Below, in pieces: positions 11,245-23,821 of a stretch of DNA of 64,000 bases. The notes beneath the pieces are model-generated. The model was not told the DNA's origin. It made no database searches and was given only the letters and a program-made list of their open reading frames with translations. Numbering within the stretch: the first letter of the stretch is position 1; each line of letters starts with the position of its first letter. The DNA lies in contig OZ336885.1 of the NCBI GenBank assembly GCA_965287045.1, positions 38,936,001-39,000,000 on the forward strand, given 5' to 3'. This DNA comes from Carcharhinus amblyrhynchos (Eukaryota). The position numbers were made by a program, and so were the translations under genes.

Positions 11245-12350
11245 AGAGAACATATGAACAAGGAGCAGGAGTAGGTCATTCAATAAGATCGTGTCTGATC
11301 CTATCATAACCTCAAATCTTCACTCTGCTTACTTCAAATCACCTACTCCCTGCCCTTACCAAGAATCTTATCCACCTCTGCCTTATACATTTTAAACATT
11401 GAAAGATACTGGGTTCTATTTTACCATTTTGATTCTAAGTGTTGGGTGGATTTAAAACTGGGAGTGTTTTAGGTCCGACTTTTAGACCCTTTCTGAGGTG
11501 CCCCCATACGCACTCTACATGCAAAAATATCAGTGAGTCTGAATCGCGCTGCACAAGCCTGTGGGCGGACCTTAATGCACCCGAAATCCTGCAGCTCCGT
11601 TCGGTGCCTCCAACTGCGCATGCCCAAAAAAAAGAAAATGTCACTTCCCTGCCACATCCCTCCTGGCTGGATAATGTCTTCCCCGACCCCCACAGACATT
11701 GCCCCACCCCCACAATGTTACAGACCCCCTTATCCCCCCACCCCACGACCACCCAGACCGATCACTCGCCCCTTCCCGCTTCTTCTCCCCCCCACCGATC
11801 TCGGGTAGCATGGGAACGGACCACCTTCCCCTCACACTGATCATAGGCAGAGTGGCAGCAGACCCAGCTTTCCCTCTCCCTATCCCCCACTGATCTCAAG
11901 CAGCGAGCCATTGGATGCTCGGCACTTACCTCCTCACTAACTGGAGCACAAGAATAGGAATTTTATGGAGCATATATGTTTCGTGCTGATTCTGGATGGG
12001 CGAAAGTTGTGGTAAAGGGGGAAGCACTGTTAATGTTGGGTGTGCAGCCCATTAAATCAATTTATATTCAAATGCATCCAAATTTAGTGGCCATTTTTGG
12101 GCCTTGATAAAAATGGGGACCGGCATGGAAGCGGATACCAATTGCATTCCTTGCCTCTAGTTTTTGTGCCTGAAAATGAGTGCAGTGTGATGGTAAAATT
12201 GGGCCCACTTCCTGAAACACTTTTTCGGGAAGAGAGTTCCAAAGATTCATTACACTTTTTTCTTCACCTCTGTTTTAACTGGGTGACCCTTTATTTTTAA
12301 ACAGTGATCCCTAATCCTAGATTCTCCCACAAGAGGACACATCCCCTCTG
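11245..12350 (-). mobile_element. Old CR1 3' end, split by a MITE
   Basis: ggagcaggagtaggtcattcaataagatc before 11410 continues as gaagagagttccaaagattc...ctagattctcccacaagagg after 12207. Confidence 0.8.
11411..12206. mobile_element. ~800-bp PIF/Harbinger-type MITE with TIRs and 3-bp TSD
   Basis: Left GGGTTCTATTTTACCAT, right ATGGTAAAATTGGGCCC; ACT at 11408-11410 and 12207-12209. Confidence 0.85.
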
Positions 12351-12449
12351 CAGGGAATAATAATTAGTCCAGACATTGAAGTTGCAAATTACACAAAACT
12401 ATGAGAAAATAGCTCTCCAGTCTATTCTACATGGCAAATCATGGCATCC

Positions 12450-12757
12450 CGACAGTGTAGAAAGAGACCATTTGGCCCATTGAGCCAGCACTGACAACAA
12501 CCTCACCTAGGTGCTATCCCTATAACCCCACGTATTTACGCTGTTAATTTCCCTGGCATTAAGGGTTAATTTAGTATGGCCAGTCCACCTAACCCACACA
12601 TCTTTGGATTGTGGGAGGAAACTGGAGCACCCAGAGGAAATCCATGCAGACACAGAGAGAATATGCAAACTCCACACAGACAGTCACCTGAGGCTAGAAT
12701 TGAACCCAGGTCCCGGGTACTGTGAGGCAGCAGTGCTAACCACTGTGCCACCATGCT
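12450..12757 (-). mobile_element. HE1-like V-SINE
   Basis: Full head, V-domain and tail. Confidence 0.88.
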
Positions 12758-13084
12758 ATCTGTCAAAGTTTGACAGAAAAGAGCTGAGTTGTCAACCAAT
12801 TGCATGCAATATAAACTATTGTTCCCTTTGAAATTTGGCATTCTTGAGTTTATCTTTTTGGGTGCAAGATGGAAAGCTTTGATAACATGCCTCTTTTTTC
12901 CAAATATAACCCTTCAGTCTATGAATATAAAGAAACAAAAGCAATGCAGCTTCTAACTCGAATATCAGTGTTAGAGATATACCTGTTTAATATGTTCATG
13001 GCAGACCTTAATTTGGCAACATAGGAGAGAAACAGACCAATTATTGCTCAATAACTAACATACCTCATTATATTTATATCCAGG

Positions 13085-13530
13085 ATGGCATCCAGTGCAG
13101 TATTGAGGGAATGCTACACCATCAATTTATCCCACAACACTATTTAAAGCAGGACAGAGGCATTCTTTTGGTCTCCTGGTCAAAACATAGCTTGTTTCAA
13201 GAAGGAGCTAGATATAGTTCCTGAGGTTAAAAGGATCAAAGGACAAGGAGGGAAAGCAGGAACAGGTTAGTGAGTTGGATGATTAGCTATCATTCTATTT
13301 TCTACGTTTCTACGTATCCCAGAACGAACATCATGATACAGATGATCAGGCTATTATTACATTGCTGTTTGTGGAATCTTGCTATGCACAATTTTGATCC
13401 TGTGTATTCCTACATTATAATAATGACCACACTTAAAAATTACTTCATTACCTCTAAGATACATTTGGATATCCCAATGTAATGAAAAGAGAACGTAATC
13501 TTAGAATCAAGCAGGTTCCTTCTTTCCATA
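13085..13530 (+). mobile_element. Deu-SINE remnant interrupted by a short CR1 3' tail (about 13193-13316)
   Basis: Matches 1-428 (acattgctgtttgtggaatc...tacttcatt); the insert reads aagaaggagctagatatag...ttctacgtttctacgt. Confidence 0.65.
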
Positions 13531-14097
13531 TTTGAGTGTCTTGTTTATGAAAGTATTTAGTTGCTTGAAAATCTATTTTTAACTCCTCATTGTAGGTCAT
13601 CCTCCAATCCAGTTGAAGTTATCTTCTTTCTCTCCATATCTAGGTCAGATATAATCTCAGACATGGCAATGAGCCTATTGTTACGCTCTCTGAAAAGGAA
13701 ATAATATCAAACAGTATATGGTTGGCAATATGTAGCTTCAGTTTTGCTTGCCTACATCCATTATAAAATGACAGATTTGAGAATAACAGGACCAGAAATT
13801 TTGCACTATGATTCACCATGATCCACTTTACCACGTATTCATAACCAACAGTCGTTTGATAGAACCTCTAATTGCACTGAAGGATTACCTGCCAGGCCGG
13901 GCCTGCACAGAGATGGGGTAAACAACAAGAGGGAAAACATGACTGAACTCACCTTATCAATCTAACCGTACCAGATGCACCTGTCCAAGACAGTATTAGT
14001 AGGAGTGACCACTATTCAGCCCTGTGGAGATGAAGTCCTATCTTCACACTGAGGGTATCCTCTACCTTGTTGTGCAGCACTACCATCGTTTTAGAAT

Positions 14098-14368
14098 GGG
14101 CAGCATGGTAATGGGTAACTGTGTGAAGTTTGCATGTTCTTCCTGTGTTTGCATGTGTTTCTTCTGGGTACTCAAGTTTCCTCCCATAATTCAAACATGT
14201 GCGGATTAAGTATATTAGCCACGCTAAATTGTCCCTTAGTGTTGGAGGGGATCAACAGGGTAAACACTTGGAGTTACAGGAATAGGGCCTGGGTGGGATT
14301 GTTGTTGGTGCAGGCTCGATGGGGCTATTGGTCTCCGTCTGTACTGTAAGGATTCTATAAATCTATGA
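14098..14368 (+). mobile_element. HE1-like V-SINE, internally deleted
   Basis: gggcagcatggta head, V-domain, ctgtaaggattctata tail. Confidence 0.8.
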
Positions 14369-14416
14369 TCTAGTCGCTCGAAACGGGGCAACAGTGGGAT
14401 GCTGAGTGCCAAGTAT

Positions 14417-14530
14417 TTACCTTGCTGATCTGCCGAACACTAAGGGATAATTTAGCATGGTCAGTACACCTAACTTGCATATCTTTGGACTGTGGGAGGA
14501 AACTTGAGCACCCAGAGGAAGCACGTGAGC
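14417..14530 (-). mobile_element. HE1 V-domain fragment
   Basis: catatctttggactgtgggaggaaacttgagcacccagaggaa. Confidence 0.75.
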
Positions 14531-15712
14531 AGCAAAGGAATTATATTCAATAACAATCTGTAACCTCATAGTCCCACATTTCCCTAATTCCTCATAACCC
14601 ATCAAGCTGGAGACAACCCAGATTTAGTAAAGCAGGAGCAATGCAAGGTGAAATGAGTTGACACCTGCATGAAGCTATAGCACAGGACTATTTGCTGAAC
14701 AAATGGAAACAATGAACGATAGACAGAACAAACGGATTCCACAACCAATGGATCAGACCAAAGTTCTGTTATCCCACCATATCCAATTGTAAATGGTGGC
14801 ACACAGTTAAACAACTAATTCGAGGACAATCCACAAACATCCCAACTTCAGTGATGGTGGAATCAAAATATCAAGCCTGAAGCATTTGCAACTACCTCCA
14901 TCCAGAAGTGCCAAGTAAAGGATTAATCTCAATCTTCTCCCGATGTCCCCCACATCACAACCAATTCGATTCACTCCGCACAATATCAAAAAATGACTGA
15001 AGGCATTGGAAATAGCAAAACCTATGGATCCTGAGAAAGTACCGAAGCTTTATACTGCAGAATTAACCTTGCCCCTAGCCAGGCTGTTCCAGTACAGCTG
15101 TAAAAGTGACAGTTAACTAAAAATGGGGAAAATTGTCCATCTATGTTCTATCCACAAAAAGCAAAACAAATTCAATCTGCCAGATTACCACCTAATCAGT
15201 TTATTTTCAAACGTTAAGAATCTGATGGGAGCTTTGATGAGGCTTTGGGACTTGAAACAATCTAGGATCTCAGAATAGCCTGAGCAAATACGATTCCTTT
15301 ATTAAAATAGCTCTTCCTGTTTACACGCTCCCACATTTCTGTTCAGCAGCTTCAGCTAAATAAAATGCACATTGCAATTTCAAAACACTAAAGCAGTATA
15401 TCCCTTCCCTTCTTAGTAAATGAGAGATGTAGTCTGTAGCGATGATTTGTCTTCAAAGTATAAATAAACTTAAACATAACTTGAACATTTAAATTATGAC
15501 ATATTCTAACTTTTGTCTTAATAATGTATTCAGCTATTTGCAATGAGCGGAAAGGTTTGATAATCAACTGGAAATAGTTTACTTTCTTACATATTCACTT
15601 AAATACTGTGGACATTTTTTTCTCACGACGAGGGTATTGTTTAACATTAAGTGTGAATAGATCCAATTCATCTGAGGTGTTGATGTTGGAATCAGATTCA
15701 CTGCTTACAAAT

Positions 15713-15840
15713 GGGCCAGAATTTCACCTCCCTGTCCACCACGGGAATCGGAGTGGCTGAGGGTCAGACCATGGAAAAGTCCGTTGACCTTGGGCAGGAT
15801 TTTATGGTTTTGGGACAAGTGAAGCCATAAAATCTCGCTC
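15713..15840. mobile_element. ~125-bp MITE (copy 2 of 3)
   Basis: Homologous to 495-616; ends GGGCCAGAATTT and AAAATCTCGCTC. Confidence 0.65.
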
Positions 15841-15964
15841 TTTGTGTTTTCAGTGCTTTGAAGAATCATGCAATAGTGAGATCGTTTGTGATCATTTGAT
15901 CCTTTTGCATTGATCACAACAAATAGTTGGTTGTCATAGGTATTTGTATGCTTTCCAACATTAC

Positions 15965-16226
15965 TACCATGGTGGAATGTACAAACTTGGGTCTGTGACC
16001 CAAGTTTGTACATTGTCCCTGTGTCTGCATGAGTTTACTTCGGGTGCTCCAATTTTCTCCCGCAGTCCAAAGATGTGAGGGTTAGGTGGGTTGGCCATGC
16101 TAAATTGTCCCTTAGCGTCAGGGGCACAAGCTAGGGGTGCTAGGGATAGGGCCTGGGTGGGATTGTGGTCAATGCAGACTCGATGGGCCAAATGGCCTCT
16201 TTCTGCACTGTAGGATGCTATGTTCT
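15965..16226 (+). mobile_element. HE1-like V-SINE
   Basis: V-domain and tail gcagactcgatgggccaaatggcctctttctgcactgtag. Confidence 0.85.
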
Positions 16227-16685
16227 TTCAATCACGTCTTTCCAGTTTTATGATACCGTAACTGTCATTCTTGATTGCAATGTCTCATCTGGTTTAATTT
16301 TGATGTCAGCTAGTTTTAGTGATGTTGGTACTGCATTTAGGCTCATGTAGTTAACATGCTTTCTGCCAACCTCACGACTAGTAGGGACTGACTGTTGGCA
16401 ACAGATGTCATGAAAGATAGTCTGCTGGGTTAAGGTTGTCTAGCTGATACTGAATATGGAATTCATTCTCTCAGTTTGAGTATCCAACATTCGATTCAAA
16501 TACATAGTTTGCTATGTGGATTGTTGAATAAATTTACTCATGGTCTGTGATTGATTGTGACTTCAAACTTGCTTTCATACAAATAGAAATGAAAATATAA
16601 CTTACACCATACGATTGAGAGCACCTTCTCTCTCTTTTTATGAACAATGTCCTTGAAGGATCAGTTTGCCATTGCAATAATCATT

Positions 16686-17575
16686 TCAAACATCTACAGA
16701 AGAGTTGAATGCTGGAGCTAAGGTGAGAGTGATTGCCCGATACCAAGGCAGCACTTGATTGACTATGGCATTCAGAATTCTGAACAAAACTGGAGTCAAT
16801 GAGATCCAAGGAGAAATCTCTCTATTGGTTGAAGTCATATATGGCACAAAGGAATATGGTTCTGGTGACTGCACGTCAATCATCTCAGCTCCAGGACATC
16901 ACTGCAGGGGTTCCTCAGGGTAGTGTCCTAGACTCAACCATCTTCAGCTGCTTGATCAATGACCTTCCTTCCACCCTAATGTCAGAAGAGGGAATGTTTG
17001 CTGATGATTGCACAACATTCAGTATCATTCATAACTCTTCAGATACTAAAGCAGTCCAAGTCCATATGCGGCAGGACCTCAACAATATCCAGCTCGGGCT
17101 GACAAGGGGCAAGTAACATTTGCACCACACAAGGGCTAGGCAATGACCATGTCCAACAAGGGAGGATCTAACCATTGCCCAGTGATTACATCGCTGAGTC
17201 CCCCACTATCAACATGCTGGGGTTACCATTGACTAGAAACTGAACTGGACTAGCCATATAAATACTACCAGAGCAGGTGAAAGGCTTGGAATCTTGAATT
17301 AACTCACTTCCTGATTTCTAAAACCTATCCCCCATCTCTAAGGCACAAGTCAGGAGTATAATGGAATCCTCCCCACTTGCCAGGATCAGTGCACCTCCAA
17401 CAAAACTTAACAAGCTTGACACCGTTCAGGACAAGCAGCCCATTTGATTGCTACATGACACACAACCTCTCCACGACCAATGAACAATTGCAGCCGTCTG
17501 TACCATTTACTAGATATACTGCAGGAACTCATCAAAGTTCTTTAGGCAGCTCCTTCCAGACCCACAACAACTGAA
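16686..17575 (+). mobile_element. RSg-1-like LINE RT fragment
   Basis: ORF 16799-17116: GVPQGSVLD...INDLP...MFADDCT. Confidence 0.85.
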
Positions 17576-17840
17576 TAGCAACTGTTTTTGATCTCTGTCC
17601 TTGTCCCTTGACTGAGCTGTCATCTTAGGACCTATATTTATCTTTACATCGTTTCTGGAACCACCTTCTTCAGTTTGTAATTTGGTCTTTGTCCCCTTCC
17701 TGTCATGTGTGTTCTGGCATTTTCCGTGGCATACTACTTTCTTCTGAGTCACCTGATATATTTATGGGTCTCTCTCCAATCCCCTGTTGCTAGGCAACAA
17801 TACAATTTTGTCTACTTTTTAAATTTCACTGTAATACTTA

Positions 17841-18519
17841 AAAGAACATAAGAACATAAGAAATAGGAGCAGGAGTAGGCCATCTAGCCCTTCGAGCCTG
17901 CCCCGCCATTCAATAAGATCATGGCTGATCTGTCGTGGCTCAGTTCCACATTCCCGCCCTCTCCCCATAACCCTTAATCCCCTCTCTTATCAAAAACCCA
18001 TCAACCCGCGTCTTAAAAATATTTAGCGAGGTAGCCTCCACCACTTCAACGGGCAGAGAATTCCAGAGATTCACCACCCTTTGAGTGAAGAAGTTCCTCC
18101 TCAACTCCGTTCTAAACCGCTCCCCCCCCTTTATCTTGAGGCTGTGCCCCCTAGTCCTACTATCCTTTCTGAGCGGGAAGAGTCTCTCCACCTCTATCCT
18201 ATCCATCCCATTCATCATCTTATACATCTCAATGAGATCTCCCCTCATTCTTCTATACTCTAACGAGTACAAGCCTAGTTTATTCAGCCTCTCCTCATAG
18301 CTCAACCCCCTCAACTCCGGCATCAGCCTAGTAAACCTCCTCTGCACTCCTTCCAAGGCCAAAATATCCTTGCGTAAGTACGGCGCCCAAAACTGCACAC
18401 AGTACTCCAGCTGCGGCCTCACCAATGCCCTATACAGCCGCAGCAAGACCTCCCTACTTTTATATTCAATCCCCCTCGCTATGAAGGCCAGCATCCCATT
18501 AGCCTTCCTGACCACCTGC
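17841..18519 (-). mobile_element. Young CR1 LINE 3' fragment with open ORF2 C-terminus
   Basis: Uninterrupted KANGMLAFIARG...LVRPQLEYCVQFWAP...RVVNLWNSLP; CpGs retained; (TCTTATGT)n tail. Confidence 0.97.
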
Positions 18520-18559
18520 CATAAAGGGCCATAAAACCTCAGTAAAAACGCAGACATAC

Positions 18560-19590
18560 AAACAAAGTTTCAGAATTACAGGTGACTTTTTCATGTGAGA
18601 CTAAAACTCAGGTTCCTCCTTTCTGAACACAAGTACTGAAGTATAAATTGAACTTAAACTTACAGCAACAGCCTATTCTTAACACGCACAAATACAACTT
18701 ACAGCTATCTCTCTTTCTGAACAAATGTCATCACTGCTCAGTGTGCATTCAAATCCTTGAAGTAGAGAATAAATATTGTGCTGAAATACCTCAGTCCCTG
18801 AACTAACTCCAAAGTTGAGCCTCTTAAATGCAGAATGCTGTAAAATACCTTCACTCCTCTGTAAGCTTGATTTGATGGCATCCTGCACTGAGTTCAAGTT
18901 TAGCAAAGTGTTTAACACCATGCATTTATTCTGTAATGCCACTGAATGTCAGTTTCAAATGTCTTTCTTTCTGTCTGGCATTGTTTGGTGTCAGCATATC
19001 AACGCAGATTCTAATCTGGTTCTTGCAATCGGCTGCCTTGACGACATGTATGGGTGAGACCCAAGGGGTAGGCTCTTCCCCAACTTTCTCAATAACGTCA
19101 AGGTCAGGAAAATACTATAGTTCCTTCTCAGTCTACTTCCTGATGATATTTGTCACATGGATACACTACTGGGGCACATTCGGATCTAGAGTGCGACTTA
19201 CATGCAACACATTTTGGTTTGTCTATACCAACGAAACCAACAGTATGCAACCCGAGGATGTTGTTGGTGTGCACAGGAAACACACATGTGACTGCAATCA
19301 TTTGAAGATCTGTTGCTGTGATGGAAATTGAGAAGTGTGTCACATTCTCCAGATGTGACATAAAACATAACCTTCTTTCTGTTGTATTTGAATGAGATCA
19401 GCATTTCAAAAATCCTGAGAAATTTCAGTGCTTTGTGACTGTCGCAAGGGAAAATATTCATTCTTCCTGGTTTGCAGTGAATTGGGTCATCCTTAAGGTT
19501 CTTGAATGTTGGGTCTCCCATGACTTTGACAGATGCTCCTGTATCTATGAGATCCTCTACTTTGTCACTTGGGAGTGCCAGGACACAAAC
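18560..19590 (-). pseudogene. Decayed Ty3/Gypsy pol fragment (aspartic protease and RT)
   Basis: LIDTGASV protease motif (ORF 19198-19602), then RT motif FKRLNFGVSSGTEVFQ...SDDI (ORF 18679-18942), in PR-RT order. Confidence 0.8.
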
Positions 19591-19994
19591 TGACACTACC
19601 AAGGTGCCAATGCCGAGAGGGCGCCCTCCCCCCCCCGACGCCCAACCCTCCCCTCACTCCAACAGGGTCAGGCTGCCAACTTCCCACAAGTGGAGAGCTA
19701 CTATGAACCCTGCTGAAGTGAAACACTCTTAGCAGTCGGGAGGGTGGGGGAGGAGAGGGGGTGCAGATACTAAATGGTCCAGAGATTTCAGTCCCGGGCC
19801 CACTAATGACATTTAAATTATATTAAAATTAGGGGGTGCATCATTTATTCAGTTCTGCTCCTATTTCTGGTGTGTAGCTGGCAGCGCTGGATATCCAGCT
19901 GGGAGACACACTCAGGTCCAGGTGCCCAACAGGGAGCTCACGAAACCGCCCCCACTAGAGTCTCCTGGCCCACTGTGCTGGGAGAATCGCCCCC
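19590..19994. mobile_element. Harbinger-like MITE right-end fragment
   Basis: Ends ctgggagaatcgccccc, like 42034 and 47255; interior resembles 41.6-42.0 kb. Confidence 0.6.
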
Positions 19995-20004
19995 TTGGTT
20001 CTAG

Positions 20005-21897
20005 TATTCTTTACAACCTTGGGTCAAACATAGATCTGTATTGCTGAGGTGAGATAAGACTGACTGCCCTCGAGATCAATGCAACTTTTGATGAAGAGCG
20101 AGGTTTAGCAGGCCCATTCACCATAGGCACAAATCCCTGTATGTCCACCAAGTCTCAAGAGAGGACGATAATGGAAATTGTGCCACTGAGATCTCAGTTT
20201 GAGATCTCCTGCAACCCCTCACCTGTGACAGAAATGGCATGAACCTGATTTGCATGAATTTAAATATAATTACATGGCTTTATGCCTTAGCATCTAGCCC
20301 TGTGGAATACTCCCCTGGGTGACATGACGTCATACCATGCAATTCACCGCTGATTTCGATAAAGAAAACCAGTCAAGATGACCATCCTGGGGATGCGGAG
20401 AAGCCTGGAGGCCTTGGGGGTTGAGGGCCAAGGCTGGTCCTGGCTCAGGCACCCTAGCAGTGGAACTGCCCTCAGGGGGCAATACTGGGCACACTGAGCA
20501 TATTACCCCCCTCAACTGGAATGAGTTCCCCTTGAGTATGGCAGGGGGGAGACAGAAGTGCACTGATGGCAACTTGGGGATGGGGGGATGGAGTTCCTTC
20601 CCGATATTTCTGCGGTGGGAGTGGGAAACCCCTAAGTTTGTAGGTGGGAAAGGGGCCATGATCATGAGGGAGTGGGAGGTAGTCTACTATTTTCGCAGAT
20701 CTGGGCACCCTTCAATCTCGGTGGAGCCAGTCTCGCTGGATCTACCAGGCCCTGCCTCCCCAGAGCAACGGCACAAACTATGCCCTTGATTTATTTTTGA
20801 CAGAGTATCAGAAGATCTGCTCACGAAACTTGGCCGTGTTTCTGGGGAGAAACAAGTTGTTTTCAATCAGAACCTGACATTGTTTTGGGAAAATTCCGCC
20901 CAAAGTGTGACATCAAGATGATGCTCTGCAAAATTAAAGTCAATGGAAATCAAGGGGTAAATTCCCACAATCATACCTAACAGAAAAGAGATGGTTGTGG
21001 TTATTTAATGCCAATCATTTCAATCATAGGACATTTTGCAGGAGTTCTTCAGGACAGTGCCTTAGGTTACTCACCTTTAGCTTCTTCATCAGCGATCTTT
21101 CCTCCTGAAGGTCAGAAGTGGGAATGTTTGCTGATGATTGCACTTTCAACTTCTCAAATACGAAGCAGTCTTGCCCACATGCAGAAAAACTTGGACAATG
21201 CACATACTTGGATGATAGATGCAGGTAAAATTTGCATCAGGCAATGACTGCCACAACAATGGAGAATCGAATCACCTCCCCTTGACATTCAACAACATTA
21301 CTATCACTGAATTTCCCACCAGGGCTTATCATCGATCAGAAAGTTAACTGGACCAGCCATGCTATACTGTGGCTATAAGAATACGTTTGTGGCAAATAAT
21401 TCACCTCCTGACTGTCCATTATCTGCAGGGCCCTAGTAAACATTGCGATAGAATACTCACCAGAAGACTGCTGATCCAACAGCAAGCAAGTAGCTTAACA
21501 CAATCCATGACAAAGCTATCCGCTTGATCGATGCCCCATTCACCAACTTAAACATTCATTCCTTCCACCTCCAGTGCAATGCAGCAGCCCTGTACACCAT
21601 CAACAAGACACACTGCAGAAACTTATGAAGCTTTCTGCTACAGTACTTATCAAACTCATGACTTCCAACACTGAGAAAGACAAGGCCAACACATGCATGG
21701 AAAGACCACCGCCTTCAAGCTCCCATCCAAGCCGTACAGCACTTCAACTTGGAATTATATCATCATTCCTTCACTGTCTCTGGGTCAAGAGCTGCGAACT
21801 TCCTCCCTAACAGCGTGGTTCAAGGCGGCAGCTTATCACACTGTATTTAGCAATGTGCAATAAATGCTGACCTTACCAGCGAGGCTCACATCCCATA
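20005..21897 (+). mobile_element. RSg-1-like LINE (RT to 3' tail), split by a MITE at about 20091-20901
   Basis: Homologous to 16686-17575; resumes after the MITE; tail caataaatgctgaccttaccagcgaggctcacatccca. Confidence 0.75.
20091..20901 (-). mobile_element. Harbinger-like MITE
   Basis: Right end ttttgggaaaattccgccc is the reverse complement of the 44063-type end; GC-rich interior resembles the reverse of the 41 kb element. Confidence 0.6.
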
Positions 21898-21906
21898 ATG
21901 CTCACA

Positions 21907-22570
21907 TTTGATTTGATTATTGTCTCACGCAATAGTAGACAGTGAAAAGTATTGTTTGTTGCACGCTATACAAAGCATTCTGTATATAGGGAAGGAAAGG
22001 AGAGAGAGACGAATATAGCGTTACATTCGTAGCTAGGGCGTAGAGAAAGATCAATTTAATGTGAGGTAGGTCCATTCAAAGGTCTGATGGCAGCAGGGAA
22101 GGAGCTGTTCTTGAGTTGGTCGGTATGTGTCCGCAGACTTTTGTATCTTTTCCCCAGTGGAAGAAGATGGAAGAGAGTATGTCAGGGGTGCATGGGGTCT
22201 TCGACTATGCTGGCTGCTTTTCTGAGGCAGTGGGAAGTGTAGACATGCCAATGGATGGGAGGTGGGTTTGCATGAAGGACTGGGCTTCATTCACGACCCT
22301 TTGTAGTTTCATGCATTCTTGGACAGAGCAGGAGCCATACCAAGCTGTGATAGAACCAGAAAGAACACTTTCTACGGTGCATTTATAAAAGGTGGAGAGA
22401 GTTGTAGCAGACATGCTAATTTTCATTAGTCTCCTGAGAAAGTAGAGGCTTGGTGGGCTTTCTTAACTATAGGGTCCGCATGGAGGGATGATGGAGGGTT
22501 GTTGGTGACCTGGACACCTAAAAACTTGAAGCTTGACCATTTCTACTTTTTTCCCATTAGTATAGACAGG
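21907..22570 (-). mobile_element. Rex1/Babar LINE 3' fragment
   Basis: FYKCTVESVLSGSITAWYGSCS...KLQRVVNEAQ; tail rc aataatcaaatcaaat. Confidence 0.88.
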
Positions 22571-23309
22571 GATGTCTTCTAATGCTAACTGGTTTAGTAA
22601 CATGTTTCCAACTGAGAAAATCAGTTGGCATCAGTAAATGCAGGATTAGATTGATGATATATTTTTTGAGATATTCAAAGGTGATTTTTCTGTCACTTCT
22701 TGTCGTAAACGAGGATGACCAAAATCTTGAGATATTGGTAGAAGCATCAATTTGCAAATGAACACTGAAATCATTACTACTAGATGTGATATTAAATTAA
22801 TATTCAACTGTATCCTTGTTCTTGGGGCAGTTAGCTTTGCAGGAAAAAGTGAAAACAAAATTCACAGGGCTCTTCAAATTTCATTCATCAATCTGCCATT
22901 TTGAACACAACAATATGCCGGGAATAGCAAGAGAGAAAGGAAATTGCACTGAAAATGTCAGGTTCATTAATTATTCATGAATTAAGGATCCTGCTATACT
23001 AAATATATTTTAAAAAAATAATTAATTAGTGTAGTTTTTTTTCAGATTCTTTCACACACTGGTAAATGAAAAATATTATGCAATTATTTCGTTTAAGTGT
23101 ATTTTTAGCAGAGCCAGGGGAATGGTCTGTTAAAATCACCAAATTCTTTAAACTTTTTTTTCTTCATGTCCAATTACAAAGATTTATACTTTATATGTTT
23201 TAACAAATGATTGCAATTAAGGATGAACAGATCAACTTTCACTGAAAGCTTTAGCTGTTTTGACAGGAATTAAGTATTTTTATGCAGTATAAAAATACAA
23301 CCATAATGG

Positions 23310-23722
23310 CTGGGATTGTCCCTTTTTTTGGCAAAGTGGCGCAGTGGGGCGAGAAGAAGTGTTAAAGCTGCCAGCCCCAATGACAGTTTTGTCCTCTCCA
23401 TCATTTGGGTTGTAGCTGGAAGATAATGAAGGAGCAGGTCACGCATCATAATGCCAGCAGGATGGCTCTGATTGGGTGTAAATGTGTTCTGTAATGGGGG
23501 TGGGGGAGGGGGGAGGATTGTCACGCACAGAATTCTGGTAATCAGATGTTAGTATATTCTAATGGTGTTCTGGACAATGAACCTTGGCATTCCTGTTGCA
23601 TCATTGGTGGGGAGAATCACGATGGGAAATCCCACCAGCATATTTTGCATTTGGGATTCCTGTGGGATCTTTCAATCCTGCCACTGCTCCTGCCTGCCAA
23701 AAATAGGAGTGAAAAATCCTCT
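23310..23722. mobile_element. MITE; its interior is duplicated at 24656-24840
   Basis: Imperfect TIRs ggattgtccctttttttggca and tgccaaaaataggagtgaaaaatcc; ~190-bp direct repeat downstream. Confidence 0.5.
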
Positions 23723-23821
23723 CCCCATCACCCCCCCAACTTTCTGCAAATATCAATCTATTTGTTTGCCTGATAGTGGACATCAATAACCAGTTACATT
23801 GAATCAGGAAATTGGCAAGTG

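Larger units (their letters stand above)
13800..15230 (+). mobile_element. RSg-1-like (CR1/L2 group) LINE: endonuclease end to start of RT, decayed and interrupted by two SINEs
   Basis: Endonuclease-end motif (gacagtattagtaggagtgaccac, DSISRSDH) and RT start (atccacaaaaagcaaaacaaattcaatctgccagattaccacctaatcag). Confidence 0.7.

Noticed and set aside
11435-11893. Stack of overlapping ORFs on both strands
   Set aside because: Lies in the GC-rich interior of a MITE; Pro/Gly-rich artefacts, as at 20.3-20.8 kb and 41.1-41.7 kb
13615-13766. Strong + strand splice acceptor followed by a ~40-codon frame
   Set aside because: No recognisable peptide, no good donor and no partner exons
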